Positions 42,201 to 53,804 of a stretch of DNA of 64,000 bases are shown here, piece after piece; within the stretch, counting starts at the first letter, position 1, and each line of letters starts with the position of its first letter. Position numbers and translations under genes: made by a program. Location: assembly GCA_030704615.1 (NCBI GenBank), contig CM060733.1, positions 31,000,001-31,064,000 on the forward strand, given 5' to 3'. Source of the stretch: Takakia lepidozioides. Lineage: Eukaryota; Plantae; Bryophyta. The notes under the pieces were generated by a model. The model was not told the origin of the DNA. It worked only from the letters and a program-made list of their open reading frames with translations, and ran no database searches.

Positions 42201-43277
42201 GTATGTTGGAATTACATATATATTGTCACAAGTCATTCCGGCCACTATGGGAGTGGGATCGTGTACTAACAGGGTGCTTCAGATGACTACAGAGGGTGTT
42301 TCGTAGTTGGTGTTGTTGCTTGCAAGTGATTATGAAGTAGGCTGCATCACTACAGTGTGCTTGAAATGACACAATCTGCATGTGGCATGCATGTACAGTA
42401 CGGTGTTGGTCCAGGGGACTGAGTTGCAGATTCTATTTGGTTTCTGCCAGAAAGTACGCAGCAGAGAAGGTCCGCCTGAAAACGGAACGGAGTGCATTTG
42501 CAAAAGCATGGCGGAGGGGCGGTTGTAGGCGCAGATCCCCGGTGGAGTACCCCACAACAATGGAGGAGCTGCAGCCCTTTACAGTGTGGGTCAGATCTGC
42601 AATTGCAGTGTACGCATCAGAGAACGAGGACCCAGATGAGGGCATGGTGAGTCTGTCATTCCCCCCAGGGCTGATTGCCACTTCGTACCGGTCAATGAAA
42701 GCATATGGCAATCATTATAGAGTGGACGATGCCAACACCAGCCTCCTGGTGACTTATGACAACGGAGTGGCATCATTTTTTGAACAAGAGAGTAGGAGCT
42801 ATGCACGAGATCGGAATCCAATTTCATGCCCTGTGCAATATGTAGGAGTCATCAAAGAGATCCTTAAACTAGACTATGGTCTTGTAAAACCAATTCTATT
42901 CCGTTGTTCTTGGGTAAAAGCCAACATGGTAGGAGAGAATGCCACCATGAAACGAGATGAGTACGGGTTCCTCCTTGCTGATTTCAGAAATGCTACCACC
43001 ACAAGATAAAGAGCCATTCATCTTCCCATCGCAAGTTGAGCAAGTTTTCTTTTCAGATGACACCCATGCGCCGGGATGGAAGGTGGTTCTTCACAAGGAC
43101 CCCCGGGCCAAACGAGTCGTGGCCGACGTCCATGATCTGGACCTAGGAGAGAATGGCGACCACGAGGGTCTGAGAGAACCACAAAATCTACCAGATACGG
43201 CCGAACCAGTCTCTTTGGAAGGAGCAGTTACCTTTAATGAGGAAGTCATTCCAGGGTTGATAATTATCGCAAGGTAA
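39259..43277 (+). pseudogene. CACTA Tnp2-family transposase (Transposase_21, DUF4218, DUF4216), several frameshifts
   Basis: MPCPCERC, YVKIHACPK..CPKCG..KVLRHFPLIPRL, DSLAWKHID..FAEDPRNVRLA, YNLPPW, DVYLQPLIEELQELW, ILWDLPYW, GMKSHDLH, FPPSFFDVMTHLLVHL, RWMYPMERY, EPFIFPSQVEQVFF. Confidence 0.95.
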
Positions 43278-45180
43278 ATTGCAGATATGGGCAGTGAAGG
43301 GGAAGATTCTTTGGATATAGATAGTGAGCCCAACTGAATCTCAGCGTCCATTAAGCTGGTAGCTCGTAGACGAGAGCTGTGCTAAGGACTCTTACTGTCC
43401 TTAGAACCCATTTTGTACAGTCCTGCAAGCGCGCAAGGGTGAGACAATTAATAGTATCGATAATGTCCCGGAATGTGGTCCGTACTGTCTTGTGAACAAA
43501 CCTATATTTACAGTATGATTGTAGTTCAGAACCAAAGGGCATATCCTTCAGCCTTGACGTCTTTGCGATCTTCTGCTGTGACGCCTTCTTCATAACTTGA
43601 GAAATGGAAAAGCAGCTACACCTCAAATTATTGCAAGGCCACTCAATGGCACTAAGAACGCTTCGAGTATGCTGTCAGAAAACTAGACGGGCAAAAACCC
43701 AATTCAGCAGCCTCACCTTGCGTGGATACTTGGGAATTGATACCAGAAGGGCATGCCCGTATGCGCGCTCGATCGTGCCTCCATCCAGCACATTCTGTAA
43801 ATGTTGAATGACCAAGACCCCAATGTTACACCCTTCTGAGAAGCCACTACACGCGCTCACAGTATACGAAGGCCTTGCCGTGTCAGGATTCGCATTCCCA
43901 TGTCCTGCCATGTCCGACAAAGCACTTGCATCCCTGTCTCTGCCAGGTGGAGGCAGCACGTATTAAAATATCTATTCCCCCAAGGCCACATTTGATTTAC
44001 CTCTTTTTGTGAAAGCCACGTCAGCAAATGTGCTGCCGAGTCATGGGTGCAATGAATGCGCAGTGGTTCATGGAGTCGTTGAGTCGACTACATATTCACT
44101 TTAATGAATAAATATCTTTATTCCATTAATCGAATTAGAAAAGGAAATTTGTAGTCGCATGTGCAGTAATTACAACCACTTGTAATTTTGGCTTTTTTCA
44201 AATTTTATGTATTTACGCAATTCGTAAAATAGCCCGGAATTCTGCTACGACTCCGGAGTCGTTGACACTTCTGTCCGCCGTCTGAAATGCCCCCGTGGGC
44301 CCACATTGTCTGTTTTGACTCTCCAGTAGTCCAGTTTACTACCAAGTGGTTCCCGGAGTGGTCGCGGACATGCAGTCGATTCGGAAAAGACACGAATGCT
44401 TCTAGTGACCTCCTACACCTTACCATCATGCAGAGCGAGGCACTTTGAGAGAAGTCTGGCAGTTGATAGCATAGATCAGGATTAGATCTTGTTTGGTCGG
44501 GCCTCTATTCTTCCCCTCCCTCTTTGTACTATTTTCATTACTTTGTACTTGTAGTTGCCAAAGCCTCTCTTGGTGGAGGCCAGTCAGTCCGGGGTTTTGG
44601 GCTGGGATATTCTGCAGGATCAGCACTGCAGATGGATTTGGTGTGGGGGTGGTTGATGTTTTGATTTCTTGTGTTTGGATCCCCCCAAACACCTGCATGC
44701 TTGAATGTGCGCCATGTTGGTTTTGTGTGGGTGCTTGCTTTCATAGGGATTAGGCCGGATTTGATCACCGGGCAATCCTAGAGTATGCTGTCGGTGGTGA
44801 GGCTAGAGTGATGACCAGCAAGACCACCAGTGTTTCTTCTATGGTGAGATTGGGTTGATGACCAGCCAACCATATAAGTACTTGCGGTGGATGCAGGTGC
44901 AGGTGCCCTGAGCCACTGGGATATGACCCTTAAATTGCAACAGGTGCCCATCCATGTCACTATTAGAATTAGTAATAGAGCCTTATAGTGTCACGTAGGG
45001 GAGGTGCACATTGTGAGTGTCATTACGGAGTTACCCAAGGGTTCTGAGGGGAGTACAGCTACAGGCAGTAACAATGAGAGTGGGTTCACAAGACGAGGGA
45101 TTTGGTTCAGACCACCTTCACCTCCACCCTCAACTACTGTAGAGTCTGACACAGACCCGAAGGCTTCATCAACAGGTGTG

Positions 45181-45775
45181 AACTGGATTGCCTGAGCTTC
45201 AGTAACCCCTTGGGTCACACTTATCAAGCGCCTCATACGAGTGTAAGCCTCTTGCAGGCTCTCACTGGATTTGCGCTGGAAGTCTTGCAAACTTCGCAGC
45301 TTCTCTGTCCGTACGCCTTGGTAGTTCCTCCGCAACTCGTGGAAGAACTCCACCACCGGGCTGAATCTAGGCACGTGTGTTGTAGTCGTGGCAGGAGGAA
45401 TAGTAGCACCTTCTGCAGAAGTACTGGCACTACTTGTTCCACTACTAGTGCTGGCAGTGGGAGGTATTGGTGCTGATGTCGCTACTGGTCACGTCGTGCC
45501 TCGAGTAATGGAGACGTAGTCAGGTGACCAATACATCCTCCACTCTTTAATCTCCGCTTCATGTCCTCACCTGAACTCGAGGTAATCGTCCATAGGCGGG
45601 CCTTCCAAATGCTGGAACAATCCCTTCCACGCCATGAATGGGGTGAACAGCTGTGGATTGCGCATCTGCTGCAAATCACATCAGCTGTCGAACTCCTGGA
45701 TAAAGTCATCCAGCTCGATTGTGCCCACAGCTCCAGAGTACCTGCGAGGCCCCTTGGTAGCTCCATACATCTCCT
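45181..45775 (-). pseudogene. Inverted gag segment of copy 1 (continues at 57720-57750)
   Basis: Reverse complement of copy 2 ~49830-50440 (RRNYQGVRTEKLRSLQDFQRK..AYTRMRRL). Confidence 0.92.
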
Positions 45776-46130
45776 TGTCAAGTTAAATAAGCACAGTGTG
45801 AAACTAGCTAGAATAAAGCTAGTTATTTGTATTTAACACTTGGATTTAGGTCAAGTGTTAAATCAGGTGTCAAGTTTAGTTTGACACCTGACCCGTCTTA
45901 TCTTCACGAGAGCGGCAGTCGCGCAGCTCATCTTTCTCGAGTTGAGCCTGCGCGACCGAGCTCCTTCATGCGTTTAGATTTGAGTGTGCTTATGATGGGA
46001 GTGTAGGTTGTTGTGGGGTGGAGTCCCCATAGCTTGGGGTGCCCCTGGCTCGACTTCTGTTTTAAAGAGTGATAGCGATGGATTCATGTTGTTTCTGGTG
46101 TGAGCAGTGTGTTTTCTAGTTTTCTTATCA
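45776..46130 (+). repeat. 5' terminal repeat A1 of copy 2
   Basis: 45776-46128 equals 57282-57634 except for one C/T; ends TTATCA. Confidence 0.95.
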
Positions 46131-46144
46131 CTCGAGAAAGATGA
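46130..46144 (+). promoter_or_regulatory. Putative self-priming PBS
   Basis: ACTCGAGAAAGATGA is the exact reverse complement of 45928-45942 inside A1. No tRNA-type TGG.. PBS is present. Confidence 0.8.
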
Positions 46145-46369
46145 CGCCGTATCTAGTTTTCTAGTGCTAAGCTAGATGTGACGTTTTTGTTTTTAAGCAC
46201 TATTATAATATAGCTTGGTCACGAGAGCCGGTAGTTAGACTGGCTATGTGTGCCTAGTGGAGCATAACAGGAAGGCAAGAACCACTCAAAGCGTCGTTGC
46301 AGCAGTTCTAACCTCCTGGGAATGTAGCGGGTCCAAGCTTTTTACAACAAGCAGGTGGGCTGGACCTGC

Positions 46370-47085
46370 TGTTTGGGTCTAAGAAGACTGGGTCGGCGGA
46401 TAGGCCTCTGTGGTTCCCAGGTGCAAAGGCCCCGTCTTGGGCTGGATGGATCTTTGGTTGGTGACTATGGTTTCGATCCACTGTCCCTGGGAAAATCTCC
46501 AGAGTATCTGCAGTTCGAGCTGGATTCACTGAACCAGAACTTGGCTAAGAACCCTGCTGGAGTCGTGATCGGAACCCGTCTTGATAAGAAGAAGGATATC
46601 AACCCCACTCCCTTCCGACCGTACAGTGAGGTGTTCGGCCTCCAAAGGTTCAAGGAATGCGAACTGATCCACGGTAAATGGGCAATGCTTGCCATTGTTG
46701 AGAGTTGTCTGTCGAGACGTTCACTGGCGTGACATGGCAAGATGCTGTAAAGGTGGAACTTGCTGATGGTCCCTCTTACTTCGGTCTCTCGTTGCCGTTC
46801 AGCATCTCTGCTCTTGTCTGGATTGAGACTCTTGTGGTAGGATACATTGAGTTCCAAAGGAATGCCGAGTTAGACCCAGAGAGGCGTCTGTATCCTGGTG
46901 GCAAGTACTTCGATCCCCTCGGACTGGCAGCTGACCCCGAGAAGAAAGAGGTTCTAAAACTCGCCGAAATTAAGCATGCAAGGCTGGCCATGGTTGCTGC
47001 TTTGGGTTTTGCTGTGCAAGCTGCTGCTACAGGCAAGGGTCCCTGGACAACTGGGCCACGCACCTGAGCGAATCCACTCTCACTT
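46370..47085 (+). pseudogene. LHCB4: Captured Lhcb4 (CP29) chlorophyll a/b-binding protein sequence, frameshifted
   Basis: [25 protein letters not shown], the CP29-specific [79 protein letters not shown]. An A23 run follows at 47116-47138. Confidence 0.93.
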
Positions 47086-47169
47086 GCCTGCTGAAAGCAC
47101 CCATCAGCTTTCTTGAAAAAAAAAAAAAAAAAAAAAAACTGTTGGCCTTGTCAGTCTTGTTCACCAAAA

Positions 47170-47502
47170 TCAGTGGGACGTGTAGGCATTACCAAGGCAC
47201 CAGTGAAGGTTGTTGACTTTACCAAGCGAAGTGTGGTAGAGGGCGAGAATGTTGTCATTTGCCACAACGTTATGTTTCCTTCGGCTCTCTACTACTGCCA
47301 TCATGTCACAGGAACCAAGGTGGTGCAGGCGTCGTTGGCAGCTGTAGATGGATCAATCATTCACGCAGTCGCCATATGTCATTTGGATACCAGTCTCTGG
47401 GCATCAGAGCATCCTGCCTTCACGGCTCTCAACATTATTCAGGGAGCCGAAGCATGCCATTGGTCAACTCAGAATGATCTCATCTGGGTGCCCTCCCACT
47501 GA
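47170..47502 (+). pseudogene. Captured BURP-domain C-terminal fragment
   Basis: Four CH motifs: VICHNVMFPSALYYCH..AVAICHLDTSLWASEHPAF..EACHW..DLIWVP. Confidence 0.9.
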
Positions 47503-48344
47503 TGAGGTCCGACCTCTGCTCTCGTTGCTACCGTTTCCAAGTAGTTCTGGGGATCGTAAGGTCAGCTCAGTGGAAAGTACTCTTGCCTATTTCCCTGCCA
47601 ATCGTCCTTTAACCTGCAACGGGCCTCTTGAATAGGCACATATATCAGCCATCAGCAACAATTTTGCATGCATACCTACATAGGTTTTCGGTGTTGATGC
47701 CCAGACACAAGGAATTTCAATTTGCTGTAAAGTGTTAGGCTGGTAGCAGCAGTCTTCTGCATGACTTCTCAAAATCTACCGCTGATGTAGAGCTGAAAGG
47801 CATGTGGAAATGCTTTGAGACTATGTCGGAGATCATCAATCTCGGATGCGCTTAAGCCCAGGCGCTCGAGCTCTGCCGTTGTCCCCAATTCGGTGATGCA
47901 GGGCAATCCGTTATCGCACGCCTGCTGCTCCAGGGTGTGATACCCCATCCATAACTGAGGTCGAGTCTTGGAGTTGAGAGTTCTTGGTGCCTGGAGAAGC
48001 CTGGAGGGGAACGGCCTCGGGAACCCATAGATAACCTGGGAACAGGTTGTAATGGCGAGAACGTTTTGGTGTTAAAAAAAAAAAAAAACCTTTTGATCTA
48101 ATTTAAATGATTTAGAGCCTAACTGTTCATAACTTTGTCAGATGGACTCCGTTTGACTCAGTTTTTGGGAGGATAGCTGCAGAAAGGGGAAATCTACCTA
48201 CCTAGATTCTGTTTCTGTTTTTGGGACTCTGCTAAAAATCTATGGAATTTTTAGAGTGTGAGTGTGCCATAAAAGATCCACAATCCTGTCTCTAGAACCT
48301 GTGCTGGTCTATATGAGAGACAAATCTGTGGATGTACTCCTTGC

Positions 48345-49095
48345 ATGGCTGGGGGAAATGAGGACGTAATTGAAGGGCAGGTCTCTTCTCTTAGCCATGC
48401 ACACAAGGGGACAGGATTTATGTTTCCCAAGGAATTCAGACTGATTTGAGTGGAGAACAGTTGGACGAGTTGATTGCATACTGGGAGTCAGGCATTAGCA
48501 GTAGACAACAGACTGCTGTAGTTGGCATTGAGGGCCTCAATATCGCCTTGGACAGTCAGAACTCTGTTGGAGCCAGCAGTTCTGCAGCTGTAGGTGAAAT
48601 ACCAAAGTGGGTGAAAGCTAGGCTTGGAACACAGCCAAAGACAGCCCCGGGGACCAAGGTGTTCAGCCACAAGGCCGTGGTGTACTAGAGCAGAGGAGCA
48701 GGAGGAGCTACACAAGTTTGTGCAATCAGACATGTTGCAGCCGGATACGCTCTGCAAGGGCAACCACGAGCGGGGGTTCATCAGCAATGACATGTTTGTT
48801 GTGCGTGAAGGAGATGCAGTCATTCGCAATGAGGACACCCCGCAACCGTCTCAAAGCTTTCGAGTTGAGAGACTATCAGACCCTACCTTTGTTTTCTTTA
48901 GTATTCAGTGAGCGGGAGATAGGGGAGTATTGCTTTGTCTCTACCTGGCAGAAAGAGGAGGAGGGTTGGTTAGAGCGAGCTACTGTAGCTTGGGACAAGG
49001 TTAGTGGCAGGTTTCTGGACATAGATATACCTCCTACACCTTACCATCATGCAGAGCGAGGCACTTTGAGAGAAGTCTGGCAGTTGATAGCATAG
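48345..49095 (+). pseudogene. ORF0 upstream of gag, unknown function (homolog in copy 1 at ~28465-28515, 34278-34909, 44411-44475)
   Basis: Both copies encode MAG.NEDVIEGQVSSLS..SGEQLDELIAYWESG..RNRLKAFELRD..WLERATVAWDKVSG..LREVWQLIA*; disruptions differ between the copies. Confidence 0.6.
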
Positions 49096-49619
49096 ATCAG
49101 GATTAGATCTTGCTTGGTCGGGCTTCTATTCTTCCCCTCCATCTCTGTACTATTTTTATTACCTTGTACTTGTAGTTGCCAAAGCCTCTCTTGGTGGAGG
49201 TCAGTCAGTCCGGGGTTTTGGGCTGGGCTATTCTGCAGGATCAGCATTGCAGCTGGATTTTGGTGTGGGGGTGTTGATGTTTTGATTTCTTGTGTTTGGA
49301 TCCCCCCAACACCTGCATGCTTGACTGTGCGCCATGTTGGTTTTGTGTGGGCGCTTGCTTTCATAGGGATTAGGCCGGATTTGATCACCGGTCAATCCTA
49401 GAGTATGCTGTCGGTGGTGAGGCTGGAGTGATGACCAGCAAGACCACCAGTGTTTCTTCTATGGTGAGGCTGGGTTGATGACCAGCCAACCATAGGAGTT
49501 CTTGCGGTGGATGCAGGTGCAGTGCCCTGAGCCATTGGGATATGACCCTTAAACTGCAACAGGTGCCCACCCGTGTCACTATTAGATTAGTACTAGAGCC
49601 TTATAGTGTCACGTGGAGG

Positions 49620-52550
49620 AGGTGCACATTGTGAGTGTCATTACGGAGTTACCCAAGGGTTTTGAGGGAGTACGGCTACAGGCAGTAACAGTGAGAGTGG
49701 GTTCACAAGACGAGGTATTCGGTTCACCCCACCTTCACCGCCACCCTCAATTACTATAGAGTCAGACACAGACTCGGAGGCTTCATCAAGGTGTGCACTT
49801 TCATTCACCATTGTTGTGGGACGACATGGAGGAGATGTATGGAGCTACCAAGGGGCCTCGTAGGTACTCTGGAGCTGTGGGCACAATCGAGTTGGATGAC
49901 TTTATCCAGGAGTTCGACAGCTGGTGTGATTTGCAGCAGATGCGCAATCCACAGCTATTCACCCCATTCATGGCGTGGAAGGGACTGTTCCAGCATTTGG
50001 AAGGCCCGCCTATGGACGATTACCACGAGTTCAGGCGAGGACATGAAGCAGAGATTGAGGAGTGGAGGATGTATTGGTCACCTGACTACGTCTCCATTAC
50101 TCGAGGCACGACGCGACCAGTAGCTGCATCAGTACCAGTAGCTCCCACTGCCAGCACTAGTAGTGGAGCAAGTAGTGCTGGTACTTCTGCAGGTGGTACC
50201 AGTTCAAAAGTGCTACTACTCCTCCTGCCACGACTACAACACATGTGCCTAGATTCAACCCGGTGGTGGAGTTCTTCCAGGAGTTGCGGAGGAACTACCA
50301 AGGTGTACGGACAGAGAAGCTGCGAAGTTTGCAAGACTTCCAGCGCAAACCCAGTGAGAGCCTGCGAGAGGCGTACACTCGTATGAGGCGCTTGATAAGT
50401 GTGACCCAAGGGGTTACTGAAGCTCAGGCAATCCAGTTTTGGTATGGAATTCTGGACAAGGAGCTCAAGAGAAGGGTGCGAGATGCAACCTTGTTACAAG
50501 CAGCCCAACCCACATTAGCAGATGTGTTTCTGCTGGCTGAGCGGATTGAGCTCAACATGGTGGAGGAGCGAGTTGTTACAATTGGATTTGGCAAGGACAT
50601 GCCTGCACGGGGCACAGCTGTCAGCCCACAGGCACAAGGGACTGCCCAACAGCGTGGTCAGGGGGGCAAGGTGCCCAGCCCAAGTTCCATGGAGCTTACA
50701 GGGGACCTCAGGTGCAGAGGCCCGTGCATCTTTTGCAGGCCAACAGCAACCAGGGGTGATATGTTGGACATGTGGAGGACCCCATGTCAAGAGAGATTGC
50801 CCAGAGAGTGGCAGAAGGCCGGCACAAGCACAGCCTGCACAGTTGCAGTGTGGGCATTGTGGCAAGTATGGGCATGGAGATGCCCAGTGTTATGACTTGC
50901 ATCCTGAGTTGCGCCCAGGCCAGTTCCAAGGGAACAATGGTGGCCGGGGGCGAGGTGGACCAGCCCAGAGAGGACGAGGTGGTCGGGCACGAGGTGCAGG
51001 CCAAGGGCAAGCTCAACATGGCCAAGGACGCGGAGGTCAGGGTGTTGATCAAGGCATGGCCAACCGGCTTCAGCAGCTAGAGCAGAGGCTCGCTGCCATG
51101 GCTATAGCTCAGGCGGTACCGGCTCCCAGGCGGGATGGTCCACCTCCTGCTCCCAAGGGAGGAGATATGGGAGGCATGGGATTTATGTGCGGAGCAGCAC
51201 TACCACTAGAGCAGGTGGAGTCTGCTGCAGCCGTGACTCGAGGAGCAGCACGAGTTCCTGAGCCACGAGGTGCAGAGGTGGAATTGGATCCACAGCGTGG
51301 GGAGGCAAGCCGTCAGGCGAGGCTTCCTCAGTCATTCACATTGGCGGAGACTGTGTCGACGCCATCCATGGCACCTAGTTCTCGCCCGACTGTTACCGAG
51401 GCGGAGGTTACTATGCCATTGGGGAGAGCTACACGTGCAGCATGACTCCTGCTGCCAAGGCTAGTGCGGCCGGTGTGTTATTGGGGGCAGCCACCTCTGT
51501 GTGTCAGGCCCCACTGTTCTCGGCAACAATGATTGCGACGCCGGGGGTGAGACCAGCTGCAGTGTTCAGACTAGCAGCAACACTCTGTGAGAGTGGGGAG
51601 GTCACTTCATCTTCTGCGGAGTTAGTGGAAGGTGTAGTGGCAGAGGGATCCTCGGATTTGAGGGTCAAGACTGCCACGGCTGCGCCATGGCAAGCTGCAG
51701 CTGCCAGGTTGACGGAGCTGCCAGCTAGGCCAGCCTTTGAGCGCGCCACGGTGACACCTGGAGTTGTCTTGTTAGACAACCAGGGAGGCATTTTCACTCT
51801 GAGTGGACCGGCAGGCAAGAAGTACCGGCCACTGCGGGTCTTGTTGGACTCGGGAGCTCAGCCACTGATGTTGGGCAGAGCTGCTATTGCAGGTTTGGGC
51901 CTCATGGAGGCGGATATGGAGCCTTGTCCTTTCCAGATACAGACATCTCTGGGAGGATCAGAGCAGGCTCGGGCATGACACGGCATCAGTTGGCCATTAG
52001 ACTGCAGCCGGATCATCCTAGAGATGGCTCAGTGATGCGAGCCAAGGCCATTGTGACAGACGCGGTCTCTTACGATGTCCTCGTTGGTGGGGCAGTGTTA
52101 TACCCCATGGGCTTCACCCTGGACTTTTGGGAGGAGTCAGCATCCTACAGGCCTGGATGGCAGTCAGGCGATGGTCGCCGTGCACAGCTCCCTGTGACAT
52201 TCATTGGGGGTATAGCGGCTGCCCAGCGGGGCAAGATGCCAACACTAGCCGCCTTTACAGCTGCAGTTAGTTGGCCTGGAGAGTTGCTGGAAGGCAATGC
52301 CCATGCAGAGGATGTGCCACCTCCAGCAGAGCAGGATGACATGCATGGTATGGCGGAGTTGCCTGCCATGGTTGCTCACACTCCATTGTGGGGTACGAGC
52401 AAGGATTTGCAGCAGGTTGCTGATCGACGGGTGCAACAAGCCTGGGTAGAGGCTTTTGTACCGTCAGAAGAGGAGGAGAGTGCGGGTATTGCACCAGGAC
52501 CACCTCAGTTGTCACCATTGGATACCACACCTATTGTGTGGCAGTATCCG
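49620..52550 (+). pseudogene. gag (two zinc knuckles) and aspartic protease of copy 2
   Basis: Capsid-like ELRRNY..FQRKPSESLREAYTRMRRL, CWTCGGPHVKRDC, CGHCGKYGHGDAQC, protease VLLDSGAQ (~51840) and YDVLVG. The start is approximate; several 1-nt frameshifts. Confidence 0.88.
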
Positions 52551-52559
52551 GATGAAGGC

Positions 52560-53525
52560 ATTTGCCTTCTGGACTTGTTTGGCGGGATCAGCACTGGATT
52601 GGCTGCTGTGCTACAGGCAGGTGTGCGGGTAAGGTGTTACCTGTATGTGGAGAGGGATGAGACTGCACGACGCGTCTCACTGCGCCATGTTGCTCAGTTG
52701 GTACAACAGTACCCTGCTTTGTTGCCAGTGTCTGCAGTTCGTGGATACCAACAAGCCTTGCCAGCAGACATTTCGTTGTTGGGGGCGCCGGATTTGGAGC
52801 AGGTTGGCTCCATTGATCTGGTAGTGGCAGGTTGGCCCTGCCAAGGGCATTCATCAGCCGGGCATGGCAATGGATTGCGAGACTCGAGGACGGGTCTGTT
52901 TTGGGAGATGGTGCGGATTTTGCGCCACTTGCAGCTTCATCAAGCTGTATCGCCAGCATACATCTTGGAGAATGTGCCACTGATGGGCGATTCTCGGGCC
53001 AGGGTGATGGCCAGTGTGCATCAAGTCCGGTCGTGGCTTGGGTCAGCAGTGTTGCTGGATGCAGCTGCAGTGGGGTCACGGGCTCATCGTCCACGGCTTT
53101 GGTGGACTAACTTGATGCCACCTGCACTACTCAAGCGTGCATTTGATGGGGTGCAGCGGCCAGCACACCTCACCGTGGATGGCATTTTGGACACAGGGAG
53201 GCAGTCTCAACGTGTGAGACACGATGACCGTTCGCCTTTGGCAGTGGTCAACAGGGTGGGTCAACCACGAGCAGCATTACCTACACTGCTCAGCTTCCCA
53301 GGATCCCATGCTTTTCGGGATGGTGGACCTGGCCTCCTGTGGGATGCTCAGTTGCAGCAGTTAGTGGAGCCTAATGCCGACGAGCGAGAGCGGGCTATGG
53401 GGTTTTCCACTGGGACCACGGCGGTGCCTTCTCTTTCTGAGGCATCACGTCGTCAGGTGTTGGGGCAAGCAATGGATCTCAATTGCTTGACCTGGATTAT
53501 CAGCTTGGCTATGGCTGAGCAACGT
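52560..53525 (+). CDS. C5 cytosine DNA methyltransferase domain (DNMT3-like) inside the retrotransposon polyprotein
   Basis: Uninterrupted frame with motif I LLDLFGGISTG, II YVERD, IV DLVVAGWPCQ, GLFWEMVRIL, VI YILENV, VIII SRAHRPRLWWTNL, IX ERERAMGF and X RRQVLGQAMD. Confidence 0.95.
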
Positions 53526-53804
53526 AGAGTGCGGAGTGCACTCCCTTCATGGTCTCTCTGCCTACCGAGACGGTACAGGCAGCGAGTGGGGGGAGCCGGT
53601 GAGGACCACGGGGTGTAGACATCCATGGCACACGTGGGAGGTGCTCGAGGTTCAGAGGGAGTTGGCAGCCAAGGCAGCTGTGATGGATGAGGTTGGGGAT
53701 TCTTCTCGGGATGAGGAGGTTCTCAATGATGAGATGATGGGGCAGGATGAGGCCTTGTCATGACTGAGCAGGAAGGGAGTACTGCTCAAGAGGTTGCAGC
53801 ATAG

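Larger units (their letters stand above)
34910..44407 (+). mobile_element. Complete CACTA element 2 (9.5 kb), TSD ACC
   Basis: TIRs CACTAGAAGCATTTGTGTC / GACACGAATGCTTCTAGTG (18 of 19 match). ACC at 34907-34909 and 44408-44410. Empty site AGATAT-ACC-TCCTACACC seen in copy 2 at ~49023-49040. Confidence 0.96.

Noticed and set aside
46370-47502. Functional Lhcb4 and BURP host genes
   Set aside because: Truncated or frameshifted, and located inside the TSD-bounded retrotransposon.
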